This document shows positions 1-11,800 of a DNA stretch of 64,000 nt, piece by piece (within the stretch, counting starts at the first letter, position 1; every line of letters begins with the position of its first letter). The notes under the pieces were generated by a model that was given only the letters and a program-made list of their open reading frames with translations, was not told the origin of the DNA and made no database searches. Both the position numbers and the translations under genes were made by a program. The stretch is taken from assembly GCF_902713615.1 (NCBI RefSeq), contig NC_052158.1, positions 41,345,729-41,409,728 of the forward strand. Direction: 5' to 3'. The DNA is from Scyliorhinus canicula (lineage: Eukaryota).

Positions 1-45
1 GAAGGGCCTGTTCTGTGCTGTACTGTTCTATGTTCTATGTTCTAT
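1..45 (+). mobile_element. 3' tail of a tRNA-derived SINE, truncated by the window edge
   Basis: gaagggcctgttctgtgctgtactgttctatgttcta is the same tail as the full SINEs at 29619 and 34176. Confidence 0.7.
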
Positions 46-266
46 GACACATGTCCATTAATCATCCATCAATCAAAAGTGCAACAGCAAATTAAAAGGT
101 GAAATAAGGAAATAAACAGGAAACAAACAGGAAGGACTCTTACAATGGTTACTGGTCTTTATGGTAGGAATAGCCACCCATCTTGTGTTTTTGAGATGGT
201 TACCAATTTTCATGGTGTGAATACCCACCTTACTGGTGTTTTTGGGGTGGTCACTGGTCTTTATTT

Positions 267-613
267 CATAGAATGTACAGTGCAGAAGGAGGCCATTTGG
301 CCCATCGAGTCTGCACAGGCTCTTGGAAAGAGCACCCTACCCAAGCCCACACCTCCACCCTATCCCCATTACCCTGTAACCCCACCCAACACTAAGGGCA
401 ATTTTGGACACTATGGGCAATTTAACATGGCCAATCCACCTAACCTGCACATCTTTGAACTGTGGGAGGAAACCGGAGCACCCGGAGGAAACCCACACAC
501 ACACAGGGAGAATGTGCAGACTCCACACAGACAGTGACCCAAGCCGGGAATCAAACCTGGGACCCTGGAGCTGTGAAGCAATTGTGCTATCCACAATGCT
601 ACCGTGCTGGCCC
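267..613 (-). mobile_element. tRNA-derived shark SINE (HE1-like)
   Basis: Reverse complement has A-box/B-box head (tagcattgtgg, ggtttgattcc), conserved body and a ctatg tail. Confidence 0.9.
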
Positions 614-1400
614 GGTATGGTGTGAATATCCTTCTTGTTAGGGTTTTTGAGATGGTTACCGAACTTCATGGTTTGAATATCCAAATTACTACCATTTCTG
701 GGGTGGATACTGGTCTTTATGGTGTGAAATTCCACCTTACTGGAGTTTTTGAGATGGTTACTGATCTTTATAGTATGGATACCCACCTTGCTCAAGTTTT
801 AAAATAGTCACTGGTCTTCATGGTATAAATAACTACCGTGCTGGTGCTTTTGAGGTGGTTACTGGTCTGCCTGGTGTGAATAACCACCTTGCCGGTGTTT
901 TTAAGATGGTTAGTGGTCTCCATGGTATGAACCGCTTCCCCTCCTCCCTCCCGCCACCATGTTGGTGTTTCTGAGGTGTTTAGCAGTCTCCATAGTATGA
1001 ATTCCGGCCATGCTGGTGTTTTTGGGATGGTCACTGGTGTCGAGATGGTCACTCTTCTCTTCAGTGTAAACGATCCACCATGCTAGTATTTTTGAGATGG
1101 ATTACCTATCTTAATGGTGTGAATACCCATTGTGCTGCTGTTTGTGGGGCGGTTATTGGTCTTTATGGTGTGAATACTCACTTTGCTGACATTTTTGGGC
1201 TGGTTAGTAGTCTTCGTGGTGTAAATACTCACCATGCTGGTATTTCTGGCTGGTTCTTGGTCTTCATGGTGTGAATGCCCATCTAGCTGCTGTTTTAGGA
1301 GTGGCCATTGGTCTTCATGGTGTGAATGCTCACCGTGCTACTGTTTTTGGGGTGTTATTGGTCTTTATGGTGTGAATACCCATCTTGCTACTGTTTTGGG

Positions 1401-2012
1401 AAGACCATGCAGACACTGCAACAACGGATGAAAGGGCATTGTGCAACAATCACCAGGCAGGAATGTTCCCTTCCAGTTGGGGAACACTTCAGCAGTCAAG
1501 GGCATTCAGCTTCTGATCTTCGGGTAAGCATTCTCCAAGACGATCTTCAGTATACACGACAACGTAGAATTGCCGAGCAGAAACTGGGAGCCAGTTCTGC
1601 ACACATGAGCACGGCCTCAACCGGGATCTTGGATTCATGTCTCACTACATTTAACCCCCACCCCCCCCCCCCCTCCCCCCCAATCATCTAGCCTGGGGTT
1701 GCGATATCCTATCAACTGTCCTGGATTGAGACAATTCACACCCCTTTAACCTGCGATTATCCCTCTCTCCAGTCACATCGTCTGGACCTGTAAAGACTTA
1801 ATTACCTGCAAAGAATCGCATTTAAAGTATCATCTTGCATCATTAGCTTTCTCTTTATACACTGTGTTTGTGTAACCTACCTCTTCACTCACCTGATGAA
1901 GGAGCTACGCTCCAAAAGCTCATGATTCCAAATAAACCTGTTGGACTTTAACATGGTGCTGAATTACTTCTTACAGTGCCCACCCCAGTCCAATGCCGGC
2001 ATCTGTACATCA
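1401..2012 (+). mobile_element. 5'-truncated Penelope-like element (GIY-YIG endonuclease C-terminus plus pLTR)
   Basis: GKTMQTLQQRMKGH..LPVGEHFSSQGHS..LRVSILQ..RRIAEQKL matches the PLE GIY-YIG end. Flanked by tgttttggg at 1392-1400 and 2013-2021. Confidence 0.85.
1887..1930 (+). ncRNA. Degenerate minimal hammerhead ribozyme core in the Penelope pLTR
   Basis: CTGATGA(1893-1899)-A-GGAGC/tac/GCTCC-AAAA(G12 mutated to A)-GCTC. Changes lie at CpG positions. Confidence 0.5.
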
Positions 2013-2124
2013 TGTTTTGGGTGTGGTTATTGGTCTTCATGGTGTGCATACCCATATTCCCGCTGTTTTTGGGCTGCTGTTTGGTCGTCGTGGTGTTAAT
2101 ACCGACCAAACTGATCTCGAATGA

Positions 2125-2480
2125 TCGAACCGCTGCTCCTCGTGGTCCTGCGCAGGCGCGATGGGGACAGACACTCACGTGGTCGGAACTACATTACCCA
2201 AGCTTCATGGCATCCCACGGCTACGTAATGGGGAGCATCAGTGTGGAATCGAGAGGAGTCCGAGACCGCGCTCCCTGATGGGAGTTGTAGTTCTGACGCC
2301 ATCACTGGCGGCTCCAGGCACGTGCAGGTGCCGTTGGCGCCCAACGGTCGGGAGTTCAAATGTGAGCGAGCGCAAGGCGAGCCCGAGTGCCTGTCCGCGC
2401 GTGGGTGGGGCTGGAATTAGGGTGCGCCCCTGCAAATGTGCACTTCCCCGTCCCGGGTCGAGAGCAGTTAGTTTAATGCT
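2125..2480. promoter_or_regulatory. CpG-rich promoter-like island with two ZNF143/THAP11-type ACTACA-n-TCCCA motifs
   Basis: ACTACATTACCCAAGC at 2188-2203 (+) and tgggagttgtagttc at 2279-2293 (- strand GAACTACAACTCCCA); CACGTG E-boxes; CCGTTGG-cgc-CCAACGG palindrome; dense CpG. Confidence 0.65.
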
Positions 2481-2716
2481 TGCCCATTGCTTTTCAAACG
2501 CTGCTGGTTAAGTAAACATAAAAACAGTGACTTCACTTCCAAATAAATTATGACGTTCTTTTTCTACTTCCCCAGGTTGCAAACATGCATTACTTACTTG
2601 TGTGGCAGCACAAGCCCAAATTCTTCAGATTAATGAAGTCCACAGTCCCATATCTAGGCACTACTTCAGATGTGGGAGGGTACTGTCCAACACTGACTTA
2701 TAAGGAACGGAATTGT

Positions 2717-3715
2717 TAGATGTCGGTGTAAGGGACCGCCCTGTCGGTGTTAGGGACCTCTGTTCCAGTACTGTCGGTGTTACGGGCCCCCCTGTTCCAG
2801 CACCATCGGTGTTAGGGACCCCCCCTGTTCCAGCATTGTCGGTGTTAGGGAACACCTGTTCCAGCACTGTCAGTGTTAGGGACCCCCCTGTTCCAGCATT
2901 GTCGGTGTTAGGGAACACCTGTTCCAGCACTGTCAGTGTTAGGGACCCCCCTGTTCCAGCACTATCAGTGTTAGGGACTTCACTGTGCCCGCACTTTCTG
3001 TGTTTGGGACCCCCCCTGTTCCAGCACTGTCAGTGTTAGGGATCCCCCCCTGTTCCAGCACTGTCAGTGTTAGGGTCCCCCCTGTTCCAGCACTGTCGCT
3101 GTTAGGGACCCCGCCGTACCAGCACGGTCGCTGTTAGGGACCCCACTATTCCAGAACTGTCAGTGTTAGGGTCCCCCCTGTTCCAGCAATGTCAGTGTTG
3201 GGACCCCTCTGTTCCAGCACTGTCGCTGTTGGGGACCTCTCTGTTCCTTCACGGTCTGTGTCAGGGACCCCCCTGTTCCAGCATGGTCGGTGTTCGGGAC
3301 CCCCCCTGTTCCAGCACGGTCGGTGTTCGGGACCCCCCTGTTCCAGCACTGATGGTGTTAGGGATCTCCCTTGTTCCAGCATGGTTGGTGTTCGGGACCC
3401 CCCTTTTCCAGCACTGTCTGTGTTAGGGACCCCCCCCCCCCCCCCCCCGTTCCAGCGCTGTCAGTGTTAGGGACCCCCTTGTTCCAGCACTGTCATTGTT
3501 TGGGACTCCCCTGTTCCAGCACTGATGGTGTTAGGGATCCCCCCTGTTCCAGCATGGTAGGTGTTCGGGGCCCCCCTGTTCCAGCATGGTCGGTGTTAGG
3601 GACCCCCCTGTTCCAGCACTGTCAGTGTTAGGGACCCACGTGTCCCAGCATTGTCAGTGTTAGGGACTCCCCCTGTTCCAGCACGGTCGGTGCTCGGCAC
3701 CTGCTCTACCAGCGC
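2717..3715. repeat. ~32-33 bp minisatellite
   Basis: Unit gttagggacccccctgttccagcactgtcagt, about 30 copies. Confidence 0.95.
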
Positions 3716-3775
3716 TGACCATGTGTGGTATTCTTTATCACATCATGCTAAATCTACAACCATTACCATCTAGAT

Positions 3776-4148
3776 CAGTGATTCTCAACCGGGGTCCACA
3801 TGGACCCTGGGGGTCCATGTAACATTACCGGGGGTCCACACAAAATAAATACCGAATTGGGGGTCCACGGTGATATTTTAGTGGTCCATAGAGCAATTCT
3901 ACTTAAGAACAATTGTTATTACTGAGAATAAAAATTTTTACAGTAATCTACGCCATATTAAAATACTAAAAGTAGAAATATTCATGTAGCTATGAATTTT
4001 TTATGGCAATCAAGTAGAAGAAAAAAACTTTACATTTGACAGTGTCGTAAATTTAAAGTTACCTAGAACAAACGGAGGTGAAAATCACCCATCTTTTCTC
4101 AGGTAGCAGGCAGCGACCTTAGATGTTTGTTTTCATGATGAATATTCA

Positions 4149-4187
<39 letters not shown>

Positions 4188-4863
4188 CTGACAAAGGTCA
4201 AAGAGAGATTATAATCTATCTAATTTACCTCGAGGGCTGAAGGGGCTCAGAACCAAAAAGGTGCATTTGCTGTGGCCCTAATTGTCCCACTAATCTCCCT
4301 TGGGATTCATAAACTTATGGGTGAAGAGAATATGCCTCGCTTTGCCTGGAACACAGTTTTCATATGTTTAATAAAGTTCATAGTTCGATTCAAACTATTT
4401 TTCTTTCAGATTTTTCATCCTAACTCAAGTTATGAATAACATTTCTTTACAGGAGACCCTCATTGAATTACAAAGTGATGAAATATTGCACGCAAAATTC
4501 AAAGATGGGAAGCATAATATATGGAAAACAAATGACACTGCTAAAAAGTACCCACTACTCTGGGATAAAGCACAGCTCTACGTTATAGCTTTTCCATAAT
4601 CTTACCTTGTTGAATCAGGATTTAATCGTGTTTTTCACTTATTATCAAAAGCTCGTAATAGACTCGACATTGTGAAAAAGGGTGATCTTCGACTATCATT
4701 GACCTCGATGGAGCCGAATATAAAAAAACTCGCTGAGCAGCATCAACCACAGGGATCTCATTGAATAAATCTGCATTTTTTGTTTAATCACTGACTATGG
4801 GGGTCCACAAAAAAAATTAAGAGGAAAAGGGGTCCATGGGTTAAAAAAGGTTGAGGACCACTG
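3776..4863 (+). mobile_element. Complete non-autonomous hAT (Charlie-like) DNA transposon
   Basis: TIRs CAGTGATTCTCAACC / GGTTGAGGACCACTG; perfect 8-bp TSD ATCTAGAT (3768-3775, 4864-4871); ggggtcca subterminal repeats; internal (CT)n. Confidence 0.95.
4444..4764 (+). pseudogene. hAT transposase C-terminal dimerisation-domain remnant
   Basis: LQETLIELQSDE..KYPLLWDKA..FP*SYLVESGFN..KARNRLDI..DLRLSLTSMEPNIKKLAEQHQPQGSH*, one internal stop. Confidence 0.85.
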
Positions 4864-4954
4864 ATCTAGATGGACAAGGGCAGCAGATACATGGAAGAAC
4901 CACCACCTGGAAGTTTCCCCCCCCCCCCCCCCCCCCCCCCCCCCCAGTCACTCA

Positions 4955-5155
4955 CCAGATTGTTGTGGAAATATATCTCCCTTCCTTCAGTGTTGCTGGA
5001 TCCAAATCCTGCAACTCCCTCCTTCACAGCAGTTTACCTACACCACATGGACTGCAATGATTCAAGAAAGCAGCTCACCGCCATAACTTCCTCAAGGGCA
5101 ATGGAGTGAATGCTGGCCTAACCAGCGATGCCCACGTCCCTTGAATTAATAAAAA
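4955..5155 (+). mobile_element. LINE 3' end (CR1/L2-like, family not resolved)
   Basis: ggaaatatatc..acctacaccacatggactgca..ttcaagaaagcagctcacc..aataaaaa. The same sequence occurs inverted at 12825 onward. Confidence 0.6.
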
Positions 5156-5552
5156 GATCATTGTTTGTATAACAGCCATTCTTACAGAGTGAGCAGTTGA
5201 GACACAGAAACACACTGAGAATGAGAGATACTGAGGAGGATGTATTGTGTCCCCGATAGTGCTCCTTTCCCTTTGAGATATTAATAAAAACACTGGGAAA
5301 ATCAGGCGATGCCGCCTTTTTCACCCCGAGATAGAAAAGCAGAGAAAATGAGGGGCGAACAGACAAATGCTGAAAAAAAACAAGAAACAGAAAACCTAAG
5401 CAACTAAAAGAAAAGCAATTGGGGAAAACCAGTAAATAAAAAAACAATTTGTAAAAATAGGTAAAGCTGATGAGACACCAAAAGGGGGTGGGGGGAACCG
5501 CAAAGAAAACGGATAAAGGGGATTGGGTCTGGTAAACCGGGACTGTTGGCCT

Positions 5553-5844
5553 GGAAATCCCCTCAGAACTATCCCGATCATGTTAACATGACTCAGACAC
5601 ATCAGAACTCTTTCACTTTCAGTTAGTTGCCACTAGGTGTGGTAGCAGAAGTCTCAACATCAATTAATGTTAACTAGCTGCAGTCAGCACACATTCCTGA
5701 CCACATTCTCAGCTATATCCATCATTCAGTCTGAGTGCCTCCACTGCTTGGTCATGGTTCTGTGGTTGTTCTATTCCCTTAATATTAGCCTGGACATGAC
5801 TTACAGGAATAGTCTGATAAAGCTGGTAAGCAGAGGGAGTTTCC
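5553..5844. promoter_or_regulatory. Candidate immune enhancer (NF-kB, AP-1, IRF, NF-kB)
   Basis: GGAAATCCCC 5553-5562; TGACTCA 5589-5595; TTTCACTTTC 5611-5620; GGGAGTTTCC 5835-5844, in non-repetitive DNA. Confidence 0.4.
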
Positions 5845-5929
5845 TCTTCTCCAACTCCAAAAGCCAGACTAAAATATGCAGTTTTGTAATGGAACAATCC
5901 TGAGGACCAGCATCGTAAACCGACAAATT

Positions 5930-7885
5930 CAAATCTCCGATCCCACTGACAATTCCTAACTCAAACCCCCCCGATACCACTAACAATTCCCAACCCAAAA
6001 CCCCCGATCCCACTGACAAGTAACAACCCAAACCCAATCCCACTGACAATTCCCAAACCAAAGCCGATACCAACAACAATTCCAAACTCAAACCCGATCC
6101 CACTGACAATTCCTAACCCAAACCCCCCTCCAATCCCACTGACAATCCCCAACTCAAACCCGATCCCACTGACAATCCCCAACTCAATCCCCCCGATCCC
6201 ACTGACAATTCCCAACCCAAACCCGATCCCACTGACAATCCCCAACTCAAACCCGATCCCACTGACAATCCCCAACTCAATCCCCCCGATCCCACTGACA
6301 ATTCCCAACCCAAACCCGATCCCACTGACAATTCCCAACCCAAACCCGATCCCACTGACAATTCCCAACTCAAACACGATCCCACTGACATTCCCCAACT
6401 CAAACCCGATCCCACTGACAATCCCCAACTCAAACCCGATTCCACTGACAATTCCCAACCCAAACCCGATCCCACTGACAATTCCCAACTCAAACCCAAT
6501 CCCACTGACAATTCCCAACTCAAACCCCCCGATCCCACTGACAATTCCCAACTCAAACCCCCGATCCCACTGACAATTCCCAACTCAAACCTGATCCCAC
6601 TGACAATCACAAATTGAAACCCGATCCCACTGACAATTCCCAATTCAAACCCGATCCCACTGACATTCCCCAACTCAAATCCCCCCGATCCCACTGGCAA
6701 TTCCCAACTCAAAACCCCGATCACACACTGACAATTCCCAACTCAAACCACCCCGATTCCACTGACAATTCCCAACTCAAACCCAATCCCACTGACAATT
6801 CCCAACTCAAACACCCCAAACCCACTGACAGTCCCCAACTCAAACCGCCCGATCCCATTGACAATTCCCAACTCAAACCCGATCACACTGACAATCCCAA
6901 ACTCAAACCCCCCAATCCCACTGACAATTCCCAACACAAACCCCCGATCCCACTGACAATTCCCAACTCAAACCCCCCCGATCCCACTGAAAATTCCAAA
7001 CTCAAACCCGATCCCATTGACAATCCCCAACTCAAACCCGATCCCACTGACAATTCCCAACCCAAACACCCCCAAACCCACTGACAATTCCCAACTCAGA
7101 TGCCCGATCCCTCTGACAATCCTAAACTCAAACCCTCCAATCCCACTGACAATTCCCAACTCAAACCCGATACCACTGACAATTCCCAACTCAAAACCCC
7201 TGATCCCACTGACAATTCCCAACCCAAACCTAATCCCATTTACAATTCCCAACTCAAACCCCCCGATCCCACTGACAATTCTCAACTCAAACCTGATCCC
7301 ACTGACAATCGCAAACTCAAATCCCCCGATCCCACTGACAATTCCCAACTCAAATCCCCCGATCCCACTGACAATCCCAACTCAAACCCAATCCCACTGA
7401 CAATCCCAAACTCAAACCCCCCAATCACACTGACAATTCATAACTCAAGCCCAATCCGACTGACAATCCCGAGCTCAAACCCAATCCCACTCACAATCCC
7501 GAACTCAATCCAGATCCCACTGACAATTCCCAACTCAAACCCAATCCCACTGACAATTTCCAACTCAAACCCGATCCCACTGACAAATACCAACTCAAAC
7601 CCGATCCCACTGGCATTCCCCAACTCAAACCCGATCCCACTGACAATTCCCAACTCAACCTCCCCCCGATCCCACTGACAATTCCCAACTCAAATCCCCC
7701 AATCCCACTGACAATCCCAAACTCAAACCCGATCCTACTGACAATTCCCAACTCAAACCCGATCCCACTGACAATTCCCAACTCAAACCCCCTGATCCCG
7801 CTGACAATTCCCAACTCAAACCCCCCCCGATCCCACTGACAATTCCCAACTCAAACCCAATCCCACTGACAACCCAAACTCGAAC
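5930..7885. repeat. ~30-34 bp minisatellite
   Basis: Unit cccgatcccactgacaattcccaactcaaa, about 60 copies; accounts for the repetitive ORFs called here. Confidence 0.97.
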
Positions 7886-7887
7886 TC

Positions 7888-8195
7888 AATAATAATAATA
7901 ATAATCATTAGTGTCACAAGTAGGCTGACATTAACACTGAAATGTAGTTACTGTGAAAAGCCCCTAGTCGTCACATTCCGGCGCCTGTTTCGGGTACACA
8001 GAGGGAGAATTCAGAATGTCCAAATTACCTAACAGCACGTCTTTCGGAACCTGTGGAAGGAAACCGGAGCACCTGGAAGAAACCCACGCAGACAACGTGC
8101 AGACTCAGCACAGACAGTGATCGAAGCCCAGTATCGAATCTGGAGCCCTAGTGCTGTGAAGCCATAGTGCTAACCACTATGCTGCTGTGCTGCCC
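7888..8195 (-). mobile_element. tRNA-derived SINE, (TTA)n-tail subtype
   Basis: aataataat tail; gtcacaagtagg..gaaaagcccctagtcg body; tRNA-like head on the minus strand. Confidence 0.88.
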
Positions 8196-8214
8196 ACCTC
8201 TGATCCCACTGATG

Positions 8215-9900
8215 GGAGAGTCTGTGGGGGGGGAGCTGGGGAGTCTGTGGGGGAATGGGGGGGGGGGGGGGAACTGGGAGGAGTCAGTGAGGAGGGAGCT
8301 GGGAGAGTCAGTGGGGAGGGAGCAGGGAGAGTGGGTGGGGAGGGAGCTGGGAGATCAGTGGGGAGGGAGCTGGGAGAGTCGGTGGGGAGGGAGCTGGGAG
8401 AGTCGGTGCGGAGGGAGCTGGGAGAGTCGGTGGGGAGGGAGCTGGGAGAGTCTGTGTGGGGGGGCTGGGGGAGTGGGTGGGGAGGGAGCTGGGAGAGTCA
8501 GTGAGGAGGGAGCTGGGAGAGTCGGTGGGGAGGGAGCTGGGAGAGTTGATGAGGAGGGAGCTGGAAGAGTCGGTGGGGAGGGAGCTGGGAGAGTCAGTGT
8601 GGAGGGAGCTGGGAGAGTCGATGAGGAGGGAGCTGGGAGAGTCGGTGGGGAGGGAGCTGGGAGAGTCGATGGGGTGGGAGCTGGGAGAGTCGGTGGGGAG
8701 GGAGCTGGGAGAGTCAGTGCGGAGGGAGCTGGGAGAGTCGATGGGGTGGGAGCTGGGAGTGTCGGTGCAGAGGAAGCTGGGAGAGTCGGTGGGGGGGGAG
8801 CTGGGGGGACTCAGTGAGGAGGGAGCTGGGAGAGTCGGTGGGGAGGGAGCTGGGGGGAGTCAGTGAGTAGGGAGCTGGGAGAGTCGGTGGGGAGGGAGCT
8901 GGGAGAGTCAGTGCGGAGGGAGCTGGGGGAGTCTGTGTGGGGGGGCTGGGGGAGTGGGTGGGGAGGGAGCTGGGAGAGTCGATGGGGAGGGAGCTGGGAG
9001 AGTCTGTGTGGGGGGGGCTGGGGGAGTGGGTGGGGGGGAGCTGGGAGAGTCGGTGCGGAGGGAGCTGGGAGAGTCGGTGGGGCGGGAGCTGGGAGAGTCG
9101 ATGAGGAGGGAGCTGGGAGAGTCGGTGGGGGGGAGCTGGGAGAGTCGATGGGGTGGGAGCTGGGAGAGTCGGTGCGGAGGGAGCTGGGAGAGTCGGTGGG
9201 GAGGTTGCTGGGAGAGTCGATGAGGAGGGAGCTGGGAGAGTCGGTGCGGAGGGAGCTGGGAGAGTCAGTGAGTAGGGAGCTGGGAGAGTCGGTGGGGAGG
9301 GAGCTGGGAGAGTCAGTGGGGAGGGAGCTGGGAGAGTCGGTGGGGAGGGAGCTGGGAGAGTCGGTGCAGAGGGAGCTGGGAGAGTCAGTGAGGAGGGAGC
9401 TGGGAGAGTCAGTGCGGAGGGAGCTGGGAGAGTCTGTGTGGGGGGGCTGCGGGAGTGGGGGGGGAGTGGGTGAGGAGGGAGCTGGGAGAGTCAGTGAGGA
9501 GGGAGCTGGGAGAGTCGATGGGGTGGGAGCTGGGAGAGTCGGTGGGGAGGGAGCTGGGAGAGTCGATGGGGAGGGAGCTGGGAGAGTCGGTGCGGAGGGA
9601 GCTGGGAGAGTCGGTGCGGAGGGAGCTGGGAGAGTCAGTGAGGAGGGAGCTGGGAGAGTCGGTGGGGAGGGAGCTGGGGCAGTCAGTGAGGAGGGAGCTG
9701 GGAGAGTCGGTGCGGAGGGAGCTGGGAGAGTCGGTGCGGAGGGAGCTGGGAGAGTCGGTGGGGAGGGAGCTGGGAGAGTCAGTGTGGAGGGAGCTGGGAG
9801 AGTCTGTGTGGGGGTGGCTGGGGGAGTGGGTGGGGAGGGAACTGGGAGAGTCAGTGAGGAGGGAGCTGGGAGAGTCAGTGAGGAGGGAGCTGGTGAGGGT
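8215..9900. repeat. 24-bp G-rich minisatellite
   Basis: Unit ggggagggagctgggagagtcggt, about 65-70 copies. Confidence 0.97.
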
Positions 9901-10469
9901 GGATCTGGGAAGGATGGGAGCCTAGAGAGTTGGTGATAGCTCATTTAATGGGTGAGGGGGCAGATTTGAGGAGACAAGGAATGCAAACAGATTTGGAACA
10001 GTCAGCGGATTTTGGAGGACAATATGAGCTGGAGTAAGATGAGGACAAAGGAGTCAGGGATCAATGGGAGTCTGGGGATCAAGGGAAGTCAGAGCAGTCG
10101 GGTTCTAAAGGAGAAGTGGAGAGGCGGAGCCAGGTAGCATTGATAATGGACATTCTCCAGTGACATTTAAACCTGTTATTAGAGTTAAAAGCATTTCAAA
10201 GTTCATGACAGTTTTAAAAATGACATAAATGTGTCAAAATAATTTAAATCATTAAAAATGGTAATTGAGCTGAAGACTGATCTCAGCTTGTGACATCACC
10301 AGAAGGCTGGAAGAAGCCACTATTTATCCCTCTACCAGACCCTTACTCTATCAACATGGGGACATTCACACTGCAGAACACGGACACGTGCAGAGTATTC
10401 TGTGCATTCAGCTATGAACACTGATGTTTTACTATTGACTGAAAAATCCGGGCCATTACAGTTCTCAAT

Positions 10470-10610
10470 GCTTTGACAAAGAGTCATCCAGGCTGGAAAC
10501 GGTAGCTCCCTTCTCTCTCCACAGGTGATGTCAGACCTGCTGAGATTTTCCAGTATTTTCTGTTTTTGTTTCAGATTCCAGCAACATCAGTATTCTGCTT
10601 TTATCTCTAT
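10470..10610 (+). mobile_element. Short Penelope-derived non-autonomous repeat
   Basis: tttgacaaagagtca..gaaacggtagctcccttctctctccacag..cagacctgctgag..ttttgtttcagattccagc; related to the minus-strand copy at 13545-13652. Confidence 0.55.
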
Positions 10611-11583
10611 ATTTAAGTTAATTCCACATTTACTCGACCATTCTGCGAATTTTAAAAAAAATTCTATTTTTTTCATTTCTGAATGTTGCGGTCTTTCTCC
10701 AGATCAGTCACAGTGCCTCAGTTGGGGCAAATTGTAAAATTGTATTCCTAATTTCCAAGTTTAAATCATTTGTATAAATAGTGATGTACACTGTTCCATT
10801 ATGGAATATCAATTCCCATAATTTATCAATCTAACTCTACTTTTAATGTCTGTTCTCAGAAACTGAGAGAAAGAGACAGAGAGAAACTGTGACAAAGTGG
10901 TATTGTTGCTGGACTAGTAATCCAGAGACCCAGGGTAATGAATTTTGACTAAATTCAAATTCAATAAAAGTCTGTAATTAAAAGTTTAACAAGAATCATG
11001 AAACCAATGTTGATTGCTGTAAAAACCCATCTAGTTCACTAATGTTTTTTAAGGAAAGAAATCTGCCGTCCTTACCTGGCTTGGCCTACATGTGACTCCA
11101 GACCCACAGCATTGTGTTCGACTCTGAAGTACCCCCTCATTTCAAGGCGATTAGGGATGGGCAATAAATGCTAGTTCAGTGATTCCCATATTCCATTGAC
11201 AGCCAGCAGACCTCAGTGAGAAACACTGACACATCAGAAGCTTCACAAAGTCTGTGGGGTTTAATGTAGTTTACAATTGTTGTGACCCACAGAATCACAG
11301 AATGCAGAATGAGGACATTCGGCCCATTGAGTCTGCACTGACTTGCTGAAAGAACATTCTACCTAGTCCCACTTCCCTGCCTTAACCCCTGTAACGTTGC
11401 ACACTCTTTCTTTTCAGATAGCAAACTAATTCCCTTTTGAATGTCTTGATCAAACCTGCCTCCATCAGGAAGTTCGTTCCAGACTCCAATTACCTTCTGG
11501 GTGAAGAAAGTGTTTCCTCATGTCACTTCAACTCCTTTTGCCCATTACCTTGAATCTGAATAATTTGGACCCACCGCAATACA

Positions 11584-11800
11584 TCACCTGACTCTTGTGC
11601 TCAATTCTTTCATTGCCAATTGTTCCCTGTGAATCATGCAGAGAGTACAAACAGCAGCTGGAGCAACTCTCCTCACCAAGGCATGCAGGCCTGATTTGTG
11701 ACCTGCAATAGCAGGAACACCATCAGTACAAAATGCAATTCCAGAGAATGTCCTCCATGTACGCTTGTAACACAGTGAATATTTCCTGGACAAATCCTTG
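11584..11800 (-). pseudogene. hAT transposase catalytic-region fragment
   Basis: FCTDGVPAIAGHKSGLHALVRRVAPAAVCTLCMIHREQLA has the hAT CTDG and C-x-x-H motifs. Confidence 0.8.

Larger units (their letters stand above)
140..2120. repeat. Degenerate 51-bp minisatellite, interrupted by a SINE and a Penelope fragment
   Basis: Recurring unit ggtcactggtctttatggtgtgaatacccaccttgctggtgtttttgagat (51 bp). It resumes after 613 and after 2012. Confidence 0.85.

Noticed and set aside
337-795. IHT/HLK periodicity suggesting a C2H2 zinc-finger array
   Set aside because: No cysteines, and the period is 17 rather than 28 aa.
5805-5868. Possible minus-strand exon ending in a GTAAGT donor, joinable to another at 2598-2682
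   Set aside because: No recognisable protein in any frame and weak acceptors. It overlaps the motif cluster better explained as regulatory. Needs RNA-seq.
5961-9944. Long ORFs (GIVSGIGFEL, RELGESVG and PTLPAPS repeats) resembling structural proteins
   Set aside because: Translations of 30-bp and 24-bp minisatellites, open in several frames on both strands, with no unique flanking exons or splice context.
10130-10430. GC box, TGACATCA and TATTTAT followed by an ATG
   Set aside because: The ORF is only about 22 codons with no splice donor; motifs are compatible with chance.
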